Origin: an uncultured Thermoplasmata archaeon
GTDB lineage: Archaea > Thermoplasmatota > Thermoplasmata > UBA10834
Direction: 5' to 3'
DNA: 64,000 nt
Assembly (NCBI GenBank): GCA_963719945.1
Contig: CAVRDX010000003.1
Coordinates: 256,001-320,000 of the forward strand
Each line of letters begins with the position of its first letter. Within the stretch, counting starts at the first letter, position 1. The position numbers and the translations under genes were made by a program. Shown in pieces: positions 10,383 through 19,488 of this stretch. The notes below the pieces were generated by a model, which was given only the letters and a program-made list of their open reading frames with translations, did no database searches and was not told the DNA's origin.

Positions 10383-11507
10383 TTAAGGCTTTTGCGGTTG
10401 GTTCATACTCCCGCGAATCGGTCGACCTCTCGCATCGTAGTACCGCCTCTTGATCCATAGAGACACATTTACAAGACCGATGAGGACTGGCACCTCCATC
10501 AGCGGACCGATGACGGTGGCGAACGCCTCGAGCGAGGCTATTCCAAAAGTCGCAACGGCGACGGCGATTGCGAGTTCGAAATTATTGCTTGCAGCCGTGA
10601 ACGACTGAGTTGCTCCCTGAGCATAGGTGAATCCCAGTCGATGGCTCAGTGCGAAGCTGACGAAGAACATGAGTATGAAGTAGATTACCAGTGGCACCGC
10701 GATCCTCACCACGTCGAACGGATGGTCGATGATGTACTCACCTTTCAATGAGAACATCACAACAATCGTGAATAGTAGACCTATGAGGGCAAGAGGGCTG
10801 ATCTTGGGCAAGAATGATCCCTCGTACCATTCCCTTCCCTTTCGTCTCGCAATCAGATACCAACTCGCGATTCCCGCAGCGAATGGAATCCCCAGGAAGA
10901 TTACAACGCTCTTTGCGATATCTGCCATGCTTATGTCAACAATCACTGCCTCAGCAGACGGTGATATCACAGGCGTCATGATGGTGATGAAGAAATACGC
11001 CAATGCAGCGTAGGTGATGATCTGGAATATCGAATTGACTGCAACCAGCACAGCGCAGTATTCACTGTCTCCTTCTGCAAGCATGTTCCATACCAAGACC
11101 ATTGCAATACATCTTGCGAGGCCGACCAAGATGAGTCCCCATCGGTAGGGCGCCATCTCCGGTTCTGGTAGGAATGTCCATGCCAAGGCGAACATCAGGA
11201 CCGGTCCGATGATCCAATTCAGAAAGAGCGAGGTACCGAACATCTTCTTCGCTTCTCTCAGCTTTCCAAGCTGTTCGTACCTCACCTTTGCCAATGGCGG
11301 GTACATCATCACAAGTAGCCCGATGGCGATAGGTAGCGAGACCTTGTCGATATTCATCGAGTCCAATAGGTCGGCTATCTCGGGGTATAGGTAGCCTATG
11401 CCTATACCCAGTGCCATGGCCAGGAAGATCCAGATCGTAAGGAATTCATTCAAGAACGAGAGTCCCTTTGCAGGCTTCTCTTGATCGGTGCCTCTCCCTC
11501 TTGACAG
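10383..11507 (-). CDS. acr3: ACR3 family arsenite efflux transporter (probable CTG start at 11507)
   Basis: GLSFLNEFLTIWIFLAM, MMYPPLAKV, GLARCIAMVLVWN, ASNNFELAIAVA, GPLMEVPVL. Confidence 0.93.
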   Translation of the reverse strand: MSRGRGTDQEKPAKGLSFLNEFLTIWIFLAMALGIGIGYLYPEIADLLDSMNIDKVSLPIAIGLLVMMYPPLAKVRYEQLGKLREAKKMFGTSLFLNWIIGPVLMFALAWTFLPEPEMAPYRWGLILVGLARCIAMVLVWNMLAEGDSEYCAVLVAVNSIFQIITYAALAYFFITIMTPVISPSAEAVIVDISMADIAKSVVIFLGIPFAAGIASWYLIARRKGREWYEGSFLPKISPLALIGLLFTIVVMFSLKGEYIIDHPFDVVRIAVPLVIYFILMFFVSFALSHRLGFTYAQGATQSFTAASNNFELAIAVAVATFGIASLEAFATVIGPLMEVPVLIGLVNVSLWIKRRYYDARGRPIRGSMNQPQKP

Positions 11508-11516
11508 TCTCCCACC

Positions 11517-11795
11517 TCAACTCTTCGAGTGTTTCTTCTTGAGTGCGTGCAGTTCCTCCGCCAACTCCCTCATCGTCGGGAACGAGATCGCTTCGAATTC
11601 GCATTTTCCTTTGCATCCTGTGCATGCCACGACGCACGAATATGGGTTCTCGACGATGGCTCCATCATCCGTCATCTTGTACACGCCCTGGTGACAGAAG
11701 CTCACACACACGCCACACTTGGTGCACTTCTTACGATCTATTCTCGGGAACCACTGGATCTCTTCCCTCGGTATGCCATGATATTCGGTTGCCAT
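11517..11795 (-). CDS. 4Fe-4S dicluster ferredoxin-like protein
   Basis: CTKCGVCVSFC and CVVACTGCKGKC motifs. Confidence 0.88.
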   Translation of the reverse strand: MATEYHGIPREEIQWFPRIDRKKCTKCGVCVSFCHQGVYKMTDDGAIVENPYSCVVACTGCKGKCEFEAISFPTMRELAEELHALKKKHSKS

Positions 11796-11811
11796 TCTAA
11801 TGCCTCATGAA

Positions 11812-12117
11812 TCAGCAGCTGCCTTTGCACGAGCAGCAGCTTTTGCGAGATGAATCCTTTCCCTGCCTTCTTTCCTTTTCTTCGGAGAACGCCTTCCATA
11901 TCCCGTCCGAATAGTCCTTCTCTGCAGGTTTAGGGATGTAATTGTGCTCTTTCAATTCCGCGAATAATATCTCTTTGAGCAATTCGTCGGGTGCATCGTC
12001 CATCTCGAAGGCTTTCTCGAAGATGCTATCCAATCCGGATATTCCTACTTCACGTCCGCCTATTATGATTTTCTTGGTCACGGTCCTTCCAGGACAGCAA
12101 GGTTCGATTATCATCAT
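11812..12117 (-). CDS. Small protein with vicinal Cys pairs, co-oriented with ferredoxin-acr3
   Basis: N-terminal CC, C-terminal CCSCKGSC; HNYIP motif. Confidence 0.65.
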   Translation of the reverse strand: MMIIEPCCPGRTVTKKIIIGGREVGISGLDSIFEKAFEMDDAPDELLKEILFAELKEHNYIPKPAEKDYSDGIWKAFSEEKERRQGKDSSRKSCCSCKGSC

Positions 12118-12208
12118 GTTCCACCGATGCTAGGCGGAATATCGTACATCGCTGAGAAAAGGCTTGCGTCTACCTGAGAAATGGGATTATACAGAAAAAG
12201 AGGGAGTT

Positions 12209-12237
12209 GATAGGTAGGATGGAGCGTCCTACCTATC
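12209..12237 (-). terminator. 11-bp hairpin followed by a T-rich run, ending the small-peptide gene
   Basis: GATAGGTAGGA/TCCTACCTATC perfect stem; CTCTTTTT follows on the minus strand. Confidence 0.65.
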
Positions 12238-12247
12238 CGGGATGACG

Positions 12248-12343
12248 TTAATAGTCAGCAACTTCAACAGCTTGTTCGAGTTCCGGCTCGCACCCGAATA
12301 GATCATAGACTTCTTCCCAGCTGTAGTGGTCCGCATCAATCAT
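12248..12343 (-). CDS. Unannotated 31-aa acidic peptide MIDADHYSWEEVYDLFGCEPELEQAVEVADY
   Basis: AGGTGA SD 6 nt before ATG, TATA-like CTTATTAA upstream, hairpin/T-run downstream. Confidence 0.65.
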   Translation of the reverse strand: MIDADHYSWEEVYDLFGCEPELEQAVEVADY

Positions 12344-12439
12344 TCTTTTCACCTTGCTATCAACCTCTACGGGAAATCGGGGTTAATAAGCTGGTATCCG
12401 GAGGTCCGCGAAAATAGTCTGGCCATGCGAAAGTGATAT

Positions 12440-14155
12440 TCAATTCGCATGCCTGATATGGACCGCCTCTCCACGCTGCGCCAGTTCCATCTCTACAGGG
12501 CTCATCCTGGCCACGCCGACAGCCCTGGCCTCTTCACCATGGACAATGACGACATCGTCACCGATCCTAATCTCTCTGTCCGCTTTCTTCACGCCGACAG
12601 CGAACAGGTTGCCCTTGGGTTTGAAATCGTCGATCTCAACACGGTACGAGCCCGCGTCCGCGAGCACCTTCCCACCTTCGAGTGTGAGGGAGATCATCCC
12701 TCGCTCAGCAGTCAGCATGCCCACCTGCTGACCGTCTCGCGTTATCCTGACATTGGGCCATCTTCCCATGACCACCGCGCCATCGCATAACGCGTTTCCA
12801 GCTGGACCGAACTGGAACCTGCATATCGACCGCAGTTCCTCAAGGTTCCTCGAACGACGCACAGGTCCGCGATCATCCGCATCGAAATCCCTGAGGGTAT
12901 CCTGCAGACGATTCAACGAATCCCTTGATCCAGGTTCACCTCTCGAAGTGTCAACGAAATCAGATATTCCAGAATTCACTGGCTCCCGTTCATCACCCAA
13001 GTGGGAGATCACGAGATCGTACTTCTCGCTGGATACGAGCCATGACACCAGCTCCTGGACCATATGCTTCTCGTCTCTGTCCCAATGGCCCGTGACCGGG
13101 ATATCGTAGTCCTTTGCTGGGTAGAACAATTCAAGCTCTCGGGGAACGATGCCCAACGGCGAGGTCACGATCACCTCGTGCACGATGGATGCCCTTCCGC
13201 TGGCCTGTATCGCTTCGCGGAACCTCTTGTGTGATTGTGAGAGCGAATATGGTTTTCTCGCGGAGCAAGGTATCAGCACCAGTATCCTCGTGCCTTCCGG
13301 ACGATGATATCTCTCCTGGATCCTCAGCTTCCATCTCGCAATGTCCGGTCTGTTGAGGGACTCCTTCGAACCCGCGTGGAAAGGTGCGCCTTTGATCGAT
13401 GCATGCATTTCCTGGAGTTGATATGCGATGAGGTCCATCAACCTAAGATTCTGGACCAGCCAGGGGTCGCATCGGATGCGTGATTCCACAAGTTCCCTGA
13501 GGGTCCCCTGGTCTATCGCGTGCCTCACCAGTCTTATCTCACTCTCCGCTGCGGATTGGTTGTGCCTGAGGAGATGGTCGAAATCCCTCTTGTCCGATTC
13601 ACACGCTTCGCAGGAACAAGGCATCTCCTTTATGCTGGACGCATCGATGATGCCGTGGTTGGTGAGATACTGTCCGTTCCTGGCAGCCATCACGAGCGGG
13701 ATCGTGTCGATCACATCGATCCCGCAGTATGCGAGGAATGCCAATCTGTGCGGGAAGCCGGCGACTGAACATAGCAGCGGCTTCAGGAGAGAATCGCTCG
13801 ACTTCAGCTTGACGACCTGCTCCACGAATCTTCCAGAATCCAACATGAGGCTGGATATGTTATCCAGAAAGACGAATCCCGATCGGTCGGTTCGTTCATC
13901 TGAATACGGCGATCCCCTTAGCCCGACCTTTATGACACTTTCTCCATCCGAACTCGCTTCGAAGAAGGATGAGCCAGATACTCTGAGATCTCCTGACTCG
14001 GCGATATTGTCGTAAGTGAGCCGGGGTCCCCTGCAATCGGTTCTGATCTTCTCGGTGCCAATGGTTGCCAGAGTCGGAGTCGAATACTCTCGTCCATCTA
14101 TCTCTAGAATGCCTCTTCTGGCCAAACCGTCTCTGCCGAGTAAATCGAATCTCAC
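12440..14155 (-). CDS. arcS: Archaeosine synthase subunit ArcS (TgtA2)
   Basis: Degenerate TGT-like N-terminus with CSCEAC..HN, PCSARKPYSLSQSH, SPLGIVPRELE..YD..VTGHW, C-terminal PUA domain. Confidence 0.9.
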   Translation of the reverse strand: MRFDLLGRDGLARRGILEIDGREYSTPTLATIGTEKIRTDCRGPRLTYDNIAESGDLRVSGSSFFEASSDGESVIKVGLRGSPYSDERTDRSGFVFLDNISSLMLDSGRFVEQVVKLKSSDSLLKPLLCSVAGFPHRLAFLAYCGIDVIDTIPLVMAARNGQYLTNHGIIDASSIKEMPCSCEACESDKRDFDHLLRHNQSAAESEIRLVRHAIDQGTLRELVESRIRCDPWLVQNLRLMDLIAYQLQEMHASIKGAPFHAGSKESLNRPDIARWKLRIQERYHRPEGTRILVLIPCSARKPYSLSQSHKRFREAIQASGRASIVHEVIVTSPLGIVPRELELFYPAKDYDIPVTGHWDRDEKHMVQELVSWLVSSEKYDLVISHLGDEREPVNSGISDFVDTSRGEPGSRDSLNRLQDTLRDFDADDRGPVRRSRNLEELRSICRFQFGPAGNALCDGAVVMGRWPNVRITRDGQQVGMLTAERGMISLTLEGGKVLADAGSYRVEIDDFKPKGNLFAVGVKKADREIRIGDDVVIVHGEEARAVGVARMSPVEMELAQRGEAVHIRHAN

Positions 14156-14219
14156 GACAAGTCATAGGGAATTGGGTAATAAAATGAATTGATTGGAGTC
14201 CTAGGATGGACTCCTTAGG

Positions 14220-14576
14220 TCAGAAAGTCGTGACCAGGTCGTGTTCAGAGGCCAGCCGCTTGACCTCGGACGCTGATATTACCTTGAGGCCTTCGAACAG
14301 TCTGGATTCCTCTATGCATCTGGACGCCAAGTCCTCTTTCACCACATAGACCGGGACATCGAAGTCGTACAGTTCCTTCGTCGCCTCCGCATTCGAAGGC
14401 ATCCTCACAGCCTCCGGTTTCTGGCTGCCCAGTCCGTTGTATACCCCGTCCTCGATCAAGACCACTGAGGTCTTCATCCCGTTCACGCCCATTGCGAGAG
14501 CCAGCCTCAGCCCTGCAAACGCTTCCTCAAGTCCGTAAGGCGCCCTTGTCACTAGAACCAGTGTTGATTCTGCCAT
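14220..14576 (-). CDS. DsrE/DsrF-like (TusC-type) sulfur relay protein
   Basis: TRAPYG, LIEDGVY, EDLASR. Confidence 0.8.
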   Translation of the reverse strand: MAESTLVLVTRAPYGLEEAFAGLRLALAMGVNGMKTSVVLIEDGVYNGLGSQKPEAVRMPSNAEATKELYDFDVPVYVVKEDLASRCIEESRLFEGLKVISASEVKRLASEHDLVTTF

Positions 14577-14582
14577 GCAATA

Positions 14583-14942
14583 TCACCTCGCAATCGTCAC
14601 CAGCCGGTCGGACTCCGACAGGAATTTGAAGAGATCGTTCGTAAGACTGCCGACCTTGGCACTGGGTATCTCCTCTCCCCTCTCGAACCCCCTGGCCGCG
14701 AAGCAGGTCTCGCAGATGGCCTGCGTGACTCCGTTCTTCCCTGCCGCCTCGAGCTCGTTCCCTATGTTCGGGAACCTCTTCGGGTTCTGTCCTTTCTTGA
14801 CTGCAGTCACGCCTTCGCCGTAACCGAACATGTTGACCTTGTATCCTTTGGCCTTCGCGGCATCAGCAAGCTTCACGGCGATGTTCGCATCCATCGCCAT
14901 CATGGAACCTGTCCTCCATAGTATGGTTAGAGTCTTCGTCAT
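14583..14942 (-). CDS. DsrE-like (TusD-type) sulfur relay protein
   Basis: FGYGEGV, AICETCFAARG with the conserved Cys. Confidence 0.8.
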   Translation of the reverse strand: MTKTLTILWRTGSMMAMDANIAVKLADAAKAKGYKVNMFGYGEGVTAVKKGQNPKRFPNIGNELEAAGKNGVTQAICETCFAARGFERGEEIPSAKVGSLTNDLFKFLSESDRLVTIAR

Positions 14943-14951
14943 CGTATCACC

Positions 14952-15251
14952 TCACACGGTCACAGTTCGCTGTGTCCGCTCCATTATGCAATCGATTATC
15001 TCGTCGTAACCGACCGCCTTTCCGATCTTGATGTCTGCCGCAGTGAAACCTCTTGCTTCGAGGTCATCCTTGGCGACGAGCACTTCTGTCGCGACACCAT
15101 CCAGTTTGACGCAATGGGCTGGGTTGATTGAATGATATACGGCGTCCTCGAATAAGATGACGCTAGAATCCTCCTTGGACGCCAGACGTTCCATCATATG
15201 GGTGGGATCCTGTTCACTCGGCGATTTGATGATTATGAACGCAGTCTTCAA
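14952..15251 (-). CDS. DsrH/TusB-like sulfur relay protein
   Basis: KSP, LFEDAVY, DDLEARG; TTG start behind GAGGTG. Confidence 0.8.
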   Translation of the reverse strand: MKTAFIIIKSPSEQDPTHMMERLASKEDSSVILFEDAVYHSINPAHCVKLDGVATEVLVAKDDLEARGFTAADIKIGKAVGYDEIIDCIMERTQRTVTV

Positions 15252-15262
15252 AGATGTCCACC

Positions 15263-15667
15263 TCAACCTATGAAGAGGGTTATCTTCGAGTCGGCTGCCA
15301 GGTTCAGGAACGCCGACGCTCCTAGCACCTTCGTCCCTTCCGTGAGATCAGATTCCTTCACTCCCATAAGACTCATGGATGTGCTGCAGGCGTAGAAGTG
15401 GACCCCGAGGTCCTTCGCCTGCTCCATCATCTCCTGGTAACCCGGTATCTTGAGTTTCATCATCTTCTTCTCGATCATGCCAGTGAAGAACCTCATCATC
15501 CCTGGCAATTTCGGCTTCGCTCCCTTCTTGAGCAGCTTAAGCCCAAAGAATGTGTAGAACACATGCACTTCCATTCCCATGCTCGCTCCGGTCGTTCCCA
15601 TGATGAGCGGCATCATCGCCTTGTCGAAGCTCCCTTCGCTCACGACCATGCAGAATTTGTCAGCCAT
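15263..15667 (-). CDS. DsrE2/peroxiredoxin-like sulfur carrier
   Basis: FYTFFGLKLL, GVHFYACSTSM..MG, GASAFL. Confidence 0.85.
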   Translation of the reverse strand: MADKFCMVVSEGSFDKAMMPLIMGTTGASMGMEVHVFYTFFGLKLLKKGAKPKLPGMMRFFTGMIEKKMMKLKIPGYQEMMEQAKDLGVHFYACSTSMSLMGVKESDLTEGTKVLGASAFLNLAADSKITLFIG

Positions 15668-15698
15668 TATTATCTCTCCTTCATTATATCGATTGTTC

Positions 15699-15926
15699 TC
15701 ACTTCAGCTTTATGTAGAATCTGAATATCTTGCCGTCCTCTTCCTGTCCGATGAGTTGATTCCCGGTCCGGCTGCACCAGGCTGGCACGTCTTCTTTCGC
15801 GCCGATATCGTCGGCAAGCAGTTCGAGTATCTGGCCGGATTTCATTTCCTTGATCTTCTTTGCGAGTTGCACTATCGGCATCGGGCACATGAGTCCCTTC
15901 GCGTCCAGGGTCGCATCCTTCTCCAC
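15699..15926 (-). CDS. tusA: TusA/SirA family sulfurtransferase
   Basis: LDAKGLMCPMP (CPxP), DVPAWC; GTG start behind GGAGTG. Confidence 0.92.
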   Translation of the reverse strand: MEKDATLDAKGLMCPMPIVQLAKKIKEMKSGQILELLADDIGAKEDVPAWCSRTGNQLIGQEEDGKIFRFYIKLK

Positions 15927-16052
15927 AACATCCACTCCTGCGGTATTGTCACTACCGTGCAAAACTCCATTGCAGTGTTACCTAATAAACATTTTCACGT
16001 CGAATGATCCCTGCACTGGCGAACCAATGCGTCACAACGGTTAAGTATAAAA

Positions 16053-16430
16053 ATGGCAATAGCGTGCAACATGGTAGAACCACAGAAGATCCTGTCGGGG
16101 CAGGCCACATGCAGGGACATCGTCAAATGTGTCTATGGCTTATCCGATTTCGAGCTCCTCATTTACAAGAAGCTCGTCAAACAGGGTCCTCTCAAGGCCG
16201 ACGACCTCGCTCCTTCCGTGAAGAAGGACCGAAGCACCGTGTATCGTGCTCTTCAGAAACTCGTATCGTCTGGTCTGGCATTCCGCGAGACAAAGACCAT
16301 AGAGCGGGGTGGATACTTCCACGTGTATACTGCTGTGCAGCCAAACCAATTGAAGCAGAGGTTGCACAGGTGTGCCGATGATTGGTTCGATAATATGAAG
16401 ACTGCGATTGAGGACTTCGATCTTGTATGA
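16053..16430 (+). CDS. TrmB-type HTH transcriptional regulator, divergent from the sulfur-relay operon
   Basis: KCVYGLS, DRSTVYRALQKL, GGYFHVY. Confidence 0.85.
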   Translation: MAIACNMVEPQKILSGQATCRDIVKCVYGLSDFELLIYKKLVKQGPLKADDLAPSVKKDRSTVYRALQKLVSSGLAFRETKTIERGGYFHVYTAVQPNQLKQRLHRCADDWFDNMKTAIEDFDLV

Positions 16431-16496
16431 CTCGGCCACAGGTCGGACTGACCCGCCTGTGAAAACCTTATATGCAGATAACCGATTTGGTGCTTG

Positions 16497-17432
16497 ATGT
16501 CAGACGGCTTCAAAGGAATGGACATCGTGTCCATCCGTGATTTTTCAAGGGATCAGGTCGAGCATGTTCTCGATGTTGCCGAGACGATGCTCCCGATCGC
16601 GAAGGGGGAGGAGAAAAGCAAACTCTTGGACGGCAGGATTCTGGGGTCACTGTTCTACGAACCGTCGACCAGGACCAGGCTGTCTTTCGAAGCGGCAATG
16701 ACCCGTCTTGGCGGTTCGACGCTCGGATTCGACGAACCGAAAGGGTCGTCAGTCGCCAAAGGGGAGACGCTCGCGGATACGATCAGAATGGTCGATGCAT
16801 ATTGCGATGTGATCGTTCTGAGACACCCGCAAGAGGGCGCTGCAAGAATGTCCGCGCATTTCGCTGACAAGCCGATATTCAATGCGGGAGATGGCGCCGG
16901 TCAGCATCCCACGCAGACCATGCTCGATCTCTTTACGATCCGCAAATCGAAGGGCAAGATCGATGGGAACCATGTGGTGGTCGTCGGGGACCTGAAGTAC
17001 GGAAGGACGGTGCATTCACTGTCCGAAGCCCTGGCGATGTTCGGTGCGGAGCTGACGTTCGTCGCGCCGCCATCCCTGCAGATGCCCAAGGAGCATCTCA
17101 AGCACATACAATCGCTCGGGACGAAGCCCAAGAGCAGCAGCAACTTGGAGGATGCCATCAAGGATGCGGATGTGCTCTATGTCACGAGGATCCAGAAAGA
17201 GAGGTTCCCAGACCCTGCGGAGTATCAAAAGGTCGCAGGCGCTTACAGGATAGACCTGCCGATGCTAAAGGATGTCAAGAAGGACATGATCATAATGCAT
17301 CCGCTCCCAAGGGTTACCGAGATATCCCCTGATGTGGACAAGACTGAGCATGCCAAGTACTTCGAGCAGGCATTCAACGGAGTGCCCGTCAGGATGGCAC
17401 TCCTCTCGATGGTGTTGGGGGCGGTCGAATGA
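16497..17432 (+). CDS. pyrB: Aspartate carbamoyltransferase catalytic subunit
   Basis: [25 protein letters not shown]. Confidence 0.97.
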   Translation: MSDGFKGMDIVSIRDFSRDQVEHVLDVAETMLPIAKGEEKSKLLDGRILGSLFYEPSTRTRLSFEAAMTRLGGSTLGFDEPKGSSVAKGETLADTIRMVDAYCDVIVLRHPQEGAARMSAHFADKPIFNAGDGAGQHPTQTMLDLFTIRKSKGKIDGNHVVVVGDLKYGRTVHSLSEALAMFGAELTFVAPPSLQMPKEHLKHIQSLGTKPKSSSNLEDAIKDADVLYVTRIQKERFPDPAEYQKVAGAYRIDLPMLKDVKKDMIIMHPLPRVTEISPDVDKTEHAKYFEQAFNGVPVRMALLSMVLGAVE

Positions 17433-17884
17433 AGGAATTCAAGGTCACGCCGATAAGGAACGGCACGGTCATAGACCACATACAGGTCGGGATGGCTCTC
17501 AAGGTCTTGCGGATCATCGGCGTCAAGGAGGATGTGAGCTCGACCGTCAGCGTGCTCATGCACGTGCCCAGCAAGAAAGGCGGTTGGAAGGACATCGTCA
17601 AGATCGAGGACAGGGAGTTGGACCCCAAAGAACTCGACAAGGTGGCTCTCATATCTCCCGATGCGACTATCAATATTATCCGTGATTACAACGTCGCCGA
17701 GAAGTTCGTGGTCGAGGTTCCGAAATCTGTTCTGGGCATTATGAAATGTTCGAATCCGGGCTGCATAACGAACAAGAGCGAGCCTATCGAGCCAGAATTC
17801 GTCGTCGAATCGAAGAAACCCCTGACCCTGAAATGCGTATACTGCGACAGGATCACAACGGAGATATCAGAGAATCTGATATGA
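17429..17884 (+). CDS. pyrI: Aspartate carbamoyltransferase regulatory subunit
   Basis: [22 protein letters not shown]...CVYC. Confidence 0.96.
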   Translation: MKEFKVTPIRNGTVIDHIQVGMALKVLRIIGVKEDVSSTVSVLMHVPSKKGGWKDIVKIEDRELDPKELDKVALISPDATINIIRDYNVAEKFVVEVPKSVLGIMKCSNPGCITNKSEPIEPEFVVESKKPLTLKCVYCDRITTEISENLI

Positions 17885-17903
17885 TGAACTAGGCGGTGCA
17901 CCC

Positions 17904-18236
17904 TTGAGGCTTAATCTCGAGTCACTCAGGTGCGTAGGTTGCGGTCTGTGCGAATCAGTGTGCAGCTTGAGCCGCGATTCCGTTCTGACAGCGATGAGTT
18001 CGAGCATCATCCTACACATCGAGGACAAGGTCAACTACTTCGGGTTGGTGCTCAAGACCAAGGATGACGGATTGGTGGTCGCTCGACCTGAGGGGGACTC
18101 CTCTGGCCAGCAACCCTCGGGCTCAGATGGTCCCGGTGCCAAGCCCATACTATTGCGTGAACCTTGCGACTTATGCAGGGGCGAGCCCAAATGTGTGAAG
18201 ATGTGCCCGACCGGCTGCATCACGGTGGTGGACTGA
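17904..18236 (+). CDS. 4Fe-4S ferredoxin-like subunit preceding the AOR-like gene
   Basis: CVGCGLCESVC and CDLC..EPKCVKMCP. Confidence 0.85.
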   Translation: MRLNLESLRCVGCGLCESVCSLSRDSVLTAMSSSIILHIEDKVNYFGLVLKTKDDGLVVARPEGDSSGQQPSGSDGPGAKPILLREPCDLCRGEPKCVKMCPTGCITVVD

Positions 18237-18237
18237 G

Positions 18238-19428
18238 ATGTATCTGCGGAATGGCCGAGCGGCTATCATCGACCTTTCGACAGGAGCGGTCAGTGAGCAG
18301 GAGTTGGCCGAGGACACTCTGCTGAGCGAGATGTCATCGATCGAACTGTCCTCATCTCTATCCGTCGAACATGGGAATGCATTGGTACTCGGCTCCGGTC
18401 TATTGACGGGAAGCCTGGTTCCAGCCGCATGTACGGGCATGGTCTTCTCCTCAGATGAGAGCGGAAAGGGAACGATCTCGCCAATCATGGGCATGGCCGG
18501 TGTCGAGCTGAAGCTGGCAGGTTTCGATTTCATAGTGGTCAAAGGTGAGTCTCCGGAGGCAGGATATCTATGGGTCAGGGATGGCATCGCAGAGTTCGTC
18601 CCGCTTCCAGAGATGCTCGGGATGGATTCCTGGGCTAGGACGGACAGGATAAGGGTGGATCAAGGTGACCGTCGCATACAGGTGATCGCATCAGGGCCAC
18701 TTGGAGATGCCAGACACCCTTCTTCCAGGCTCGTCACGAACCATTGGCTGGGTGAGGACGAGGTGGGACTCGCATCAGCTTTCGGGAAGAGGCGATTATG
18801 CGCGGTGGCCTTCAGAGGGATGGGCGAGTTGGAGGTCGCTGATCCGGAAGCGCATTTCGCATCCTCGGTGGATCTGCAGAAAGAGCATATCTCGAAGCTT
18901 GGTGTGTCCGCAGGACTCGCATCTTATTTTGGAGGTGCGGATGTCGACCACTTTAAGAATATCATACACCGCGTCATCGGATGCTTCGGATGCCCGCATC
19001 CTTGCAGATCATATGCCAAAGTGAATGAGGCCCCTGGAAAGATGTCGATGGGAGCCTCTGAGCCAGGATATCTCCATTATGATATCATTTCCTTGAAGAC
19101 TGCCTTCGATGCAGGTATCGATTCCTCAGACGCGACGAGGATCATGATGACCTGTTCGAAAGCCGGGATCGATCCCGTCTCAGCCCTATCTGCCCTCGGA
19201 ACGGATGCGATAGGGATGAGTGTTGCTGAGCTGGTTTCCAGAGCATCTTTGTTCGGGACCATCGACCGGTCGAACCTGGAAGGGTCGTTCATCAAGGCGG
19301 TGTCCGACCCGGAATCTTATTCGAGGATCGTCTCTCTTGGTCTGTGCCCCAGATACTGGGGCAAAATCGGTCTCGACATGTCCTCAATTTCGTCATCTAT
19401 CGAATCAGCTATCGGAAACCCTCTTTGA
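18238..19428 (+). CDS. Short, divergent aldehyde:ferredoxin oxidoreductase (AOR)-like protein
   Basis: IDLSTG, G.G.LTG, ELKLAGFDFIVVKG, GCFGCPHPC, LGLCP; only 396 aa. Confidence 0.75.
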   Translation: MYLRNGRAAIIDLSTGAVSEQELAEDTLLSEMSSIELSSSLSVEHGNALVLGSGLLTGSLVPAACTGMVFSSDESGKGTISPIMGMAGVELKLAGFDFIVVKGESPEAGYLWVRDGIAEFVPLPEMLGMDSWARTDRIRVDQGDRRIQVIASGPLGDARHPSSRLVTNHWLGEDEVGLASAFGKRRLCAVAFRGMGELEVADPEAHFASSVDLQKEHISKLGVSAGLASYFGGADVDHFKNIIHRVIGCFGCPHPCRSYAKVNEAPGKMSMGASEPGYLHYDIISLKTAFDAGIDSSDATRIMMTCSKAGIDPVSALSALGTDAIGMSVAELVSRASLFGTIDRSNLEGSFIKAVSDPESYSRIVSLGLCPRYWGKIGLDMSSISSSIESAIGNPL

Positions 19429-19488
19429 CCTCAAGGCCTTTCAAAAGGTTTTTCCAATGCTCGTGCATCTATGATACAGGGTGTAGCG

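Noticed and set aside
11505-11519. Ferredoxin and acr3 are in the same frame separated by one TGA, suggesting Sec or readthrough fusion
   Set aside because: The TGA is not at a Cys-equivalent position, no SECIS-like element was recognised, and an SD plus CTG directly follows it
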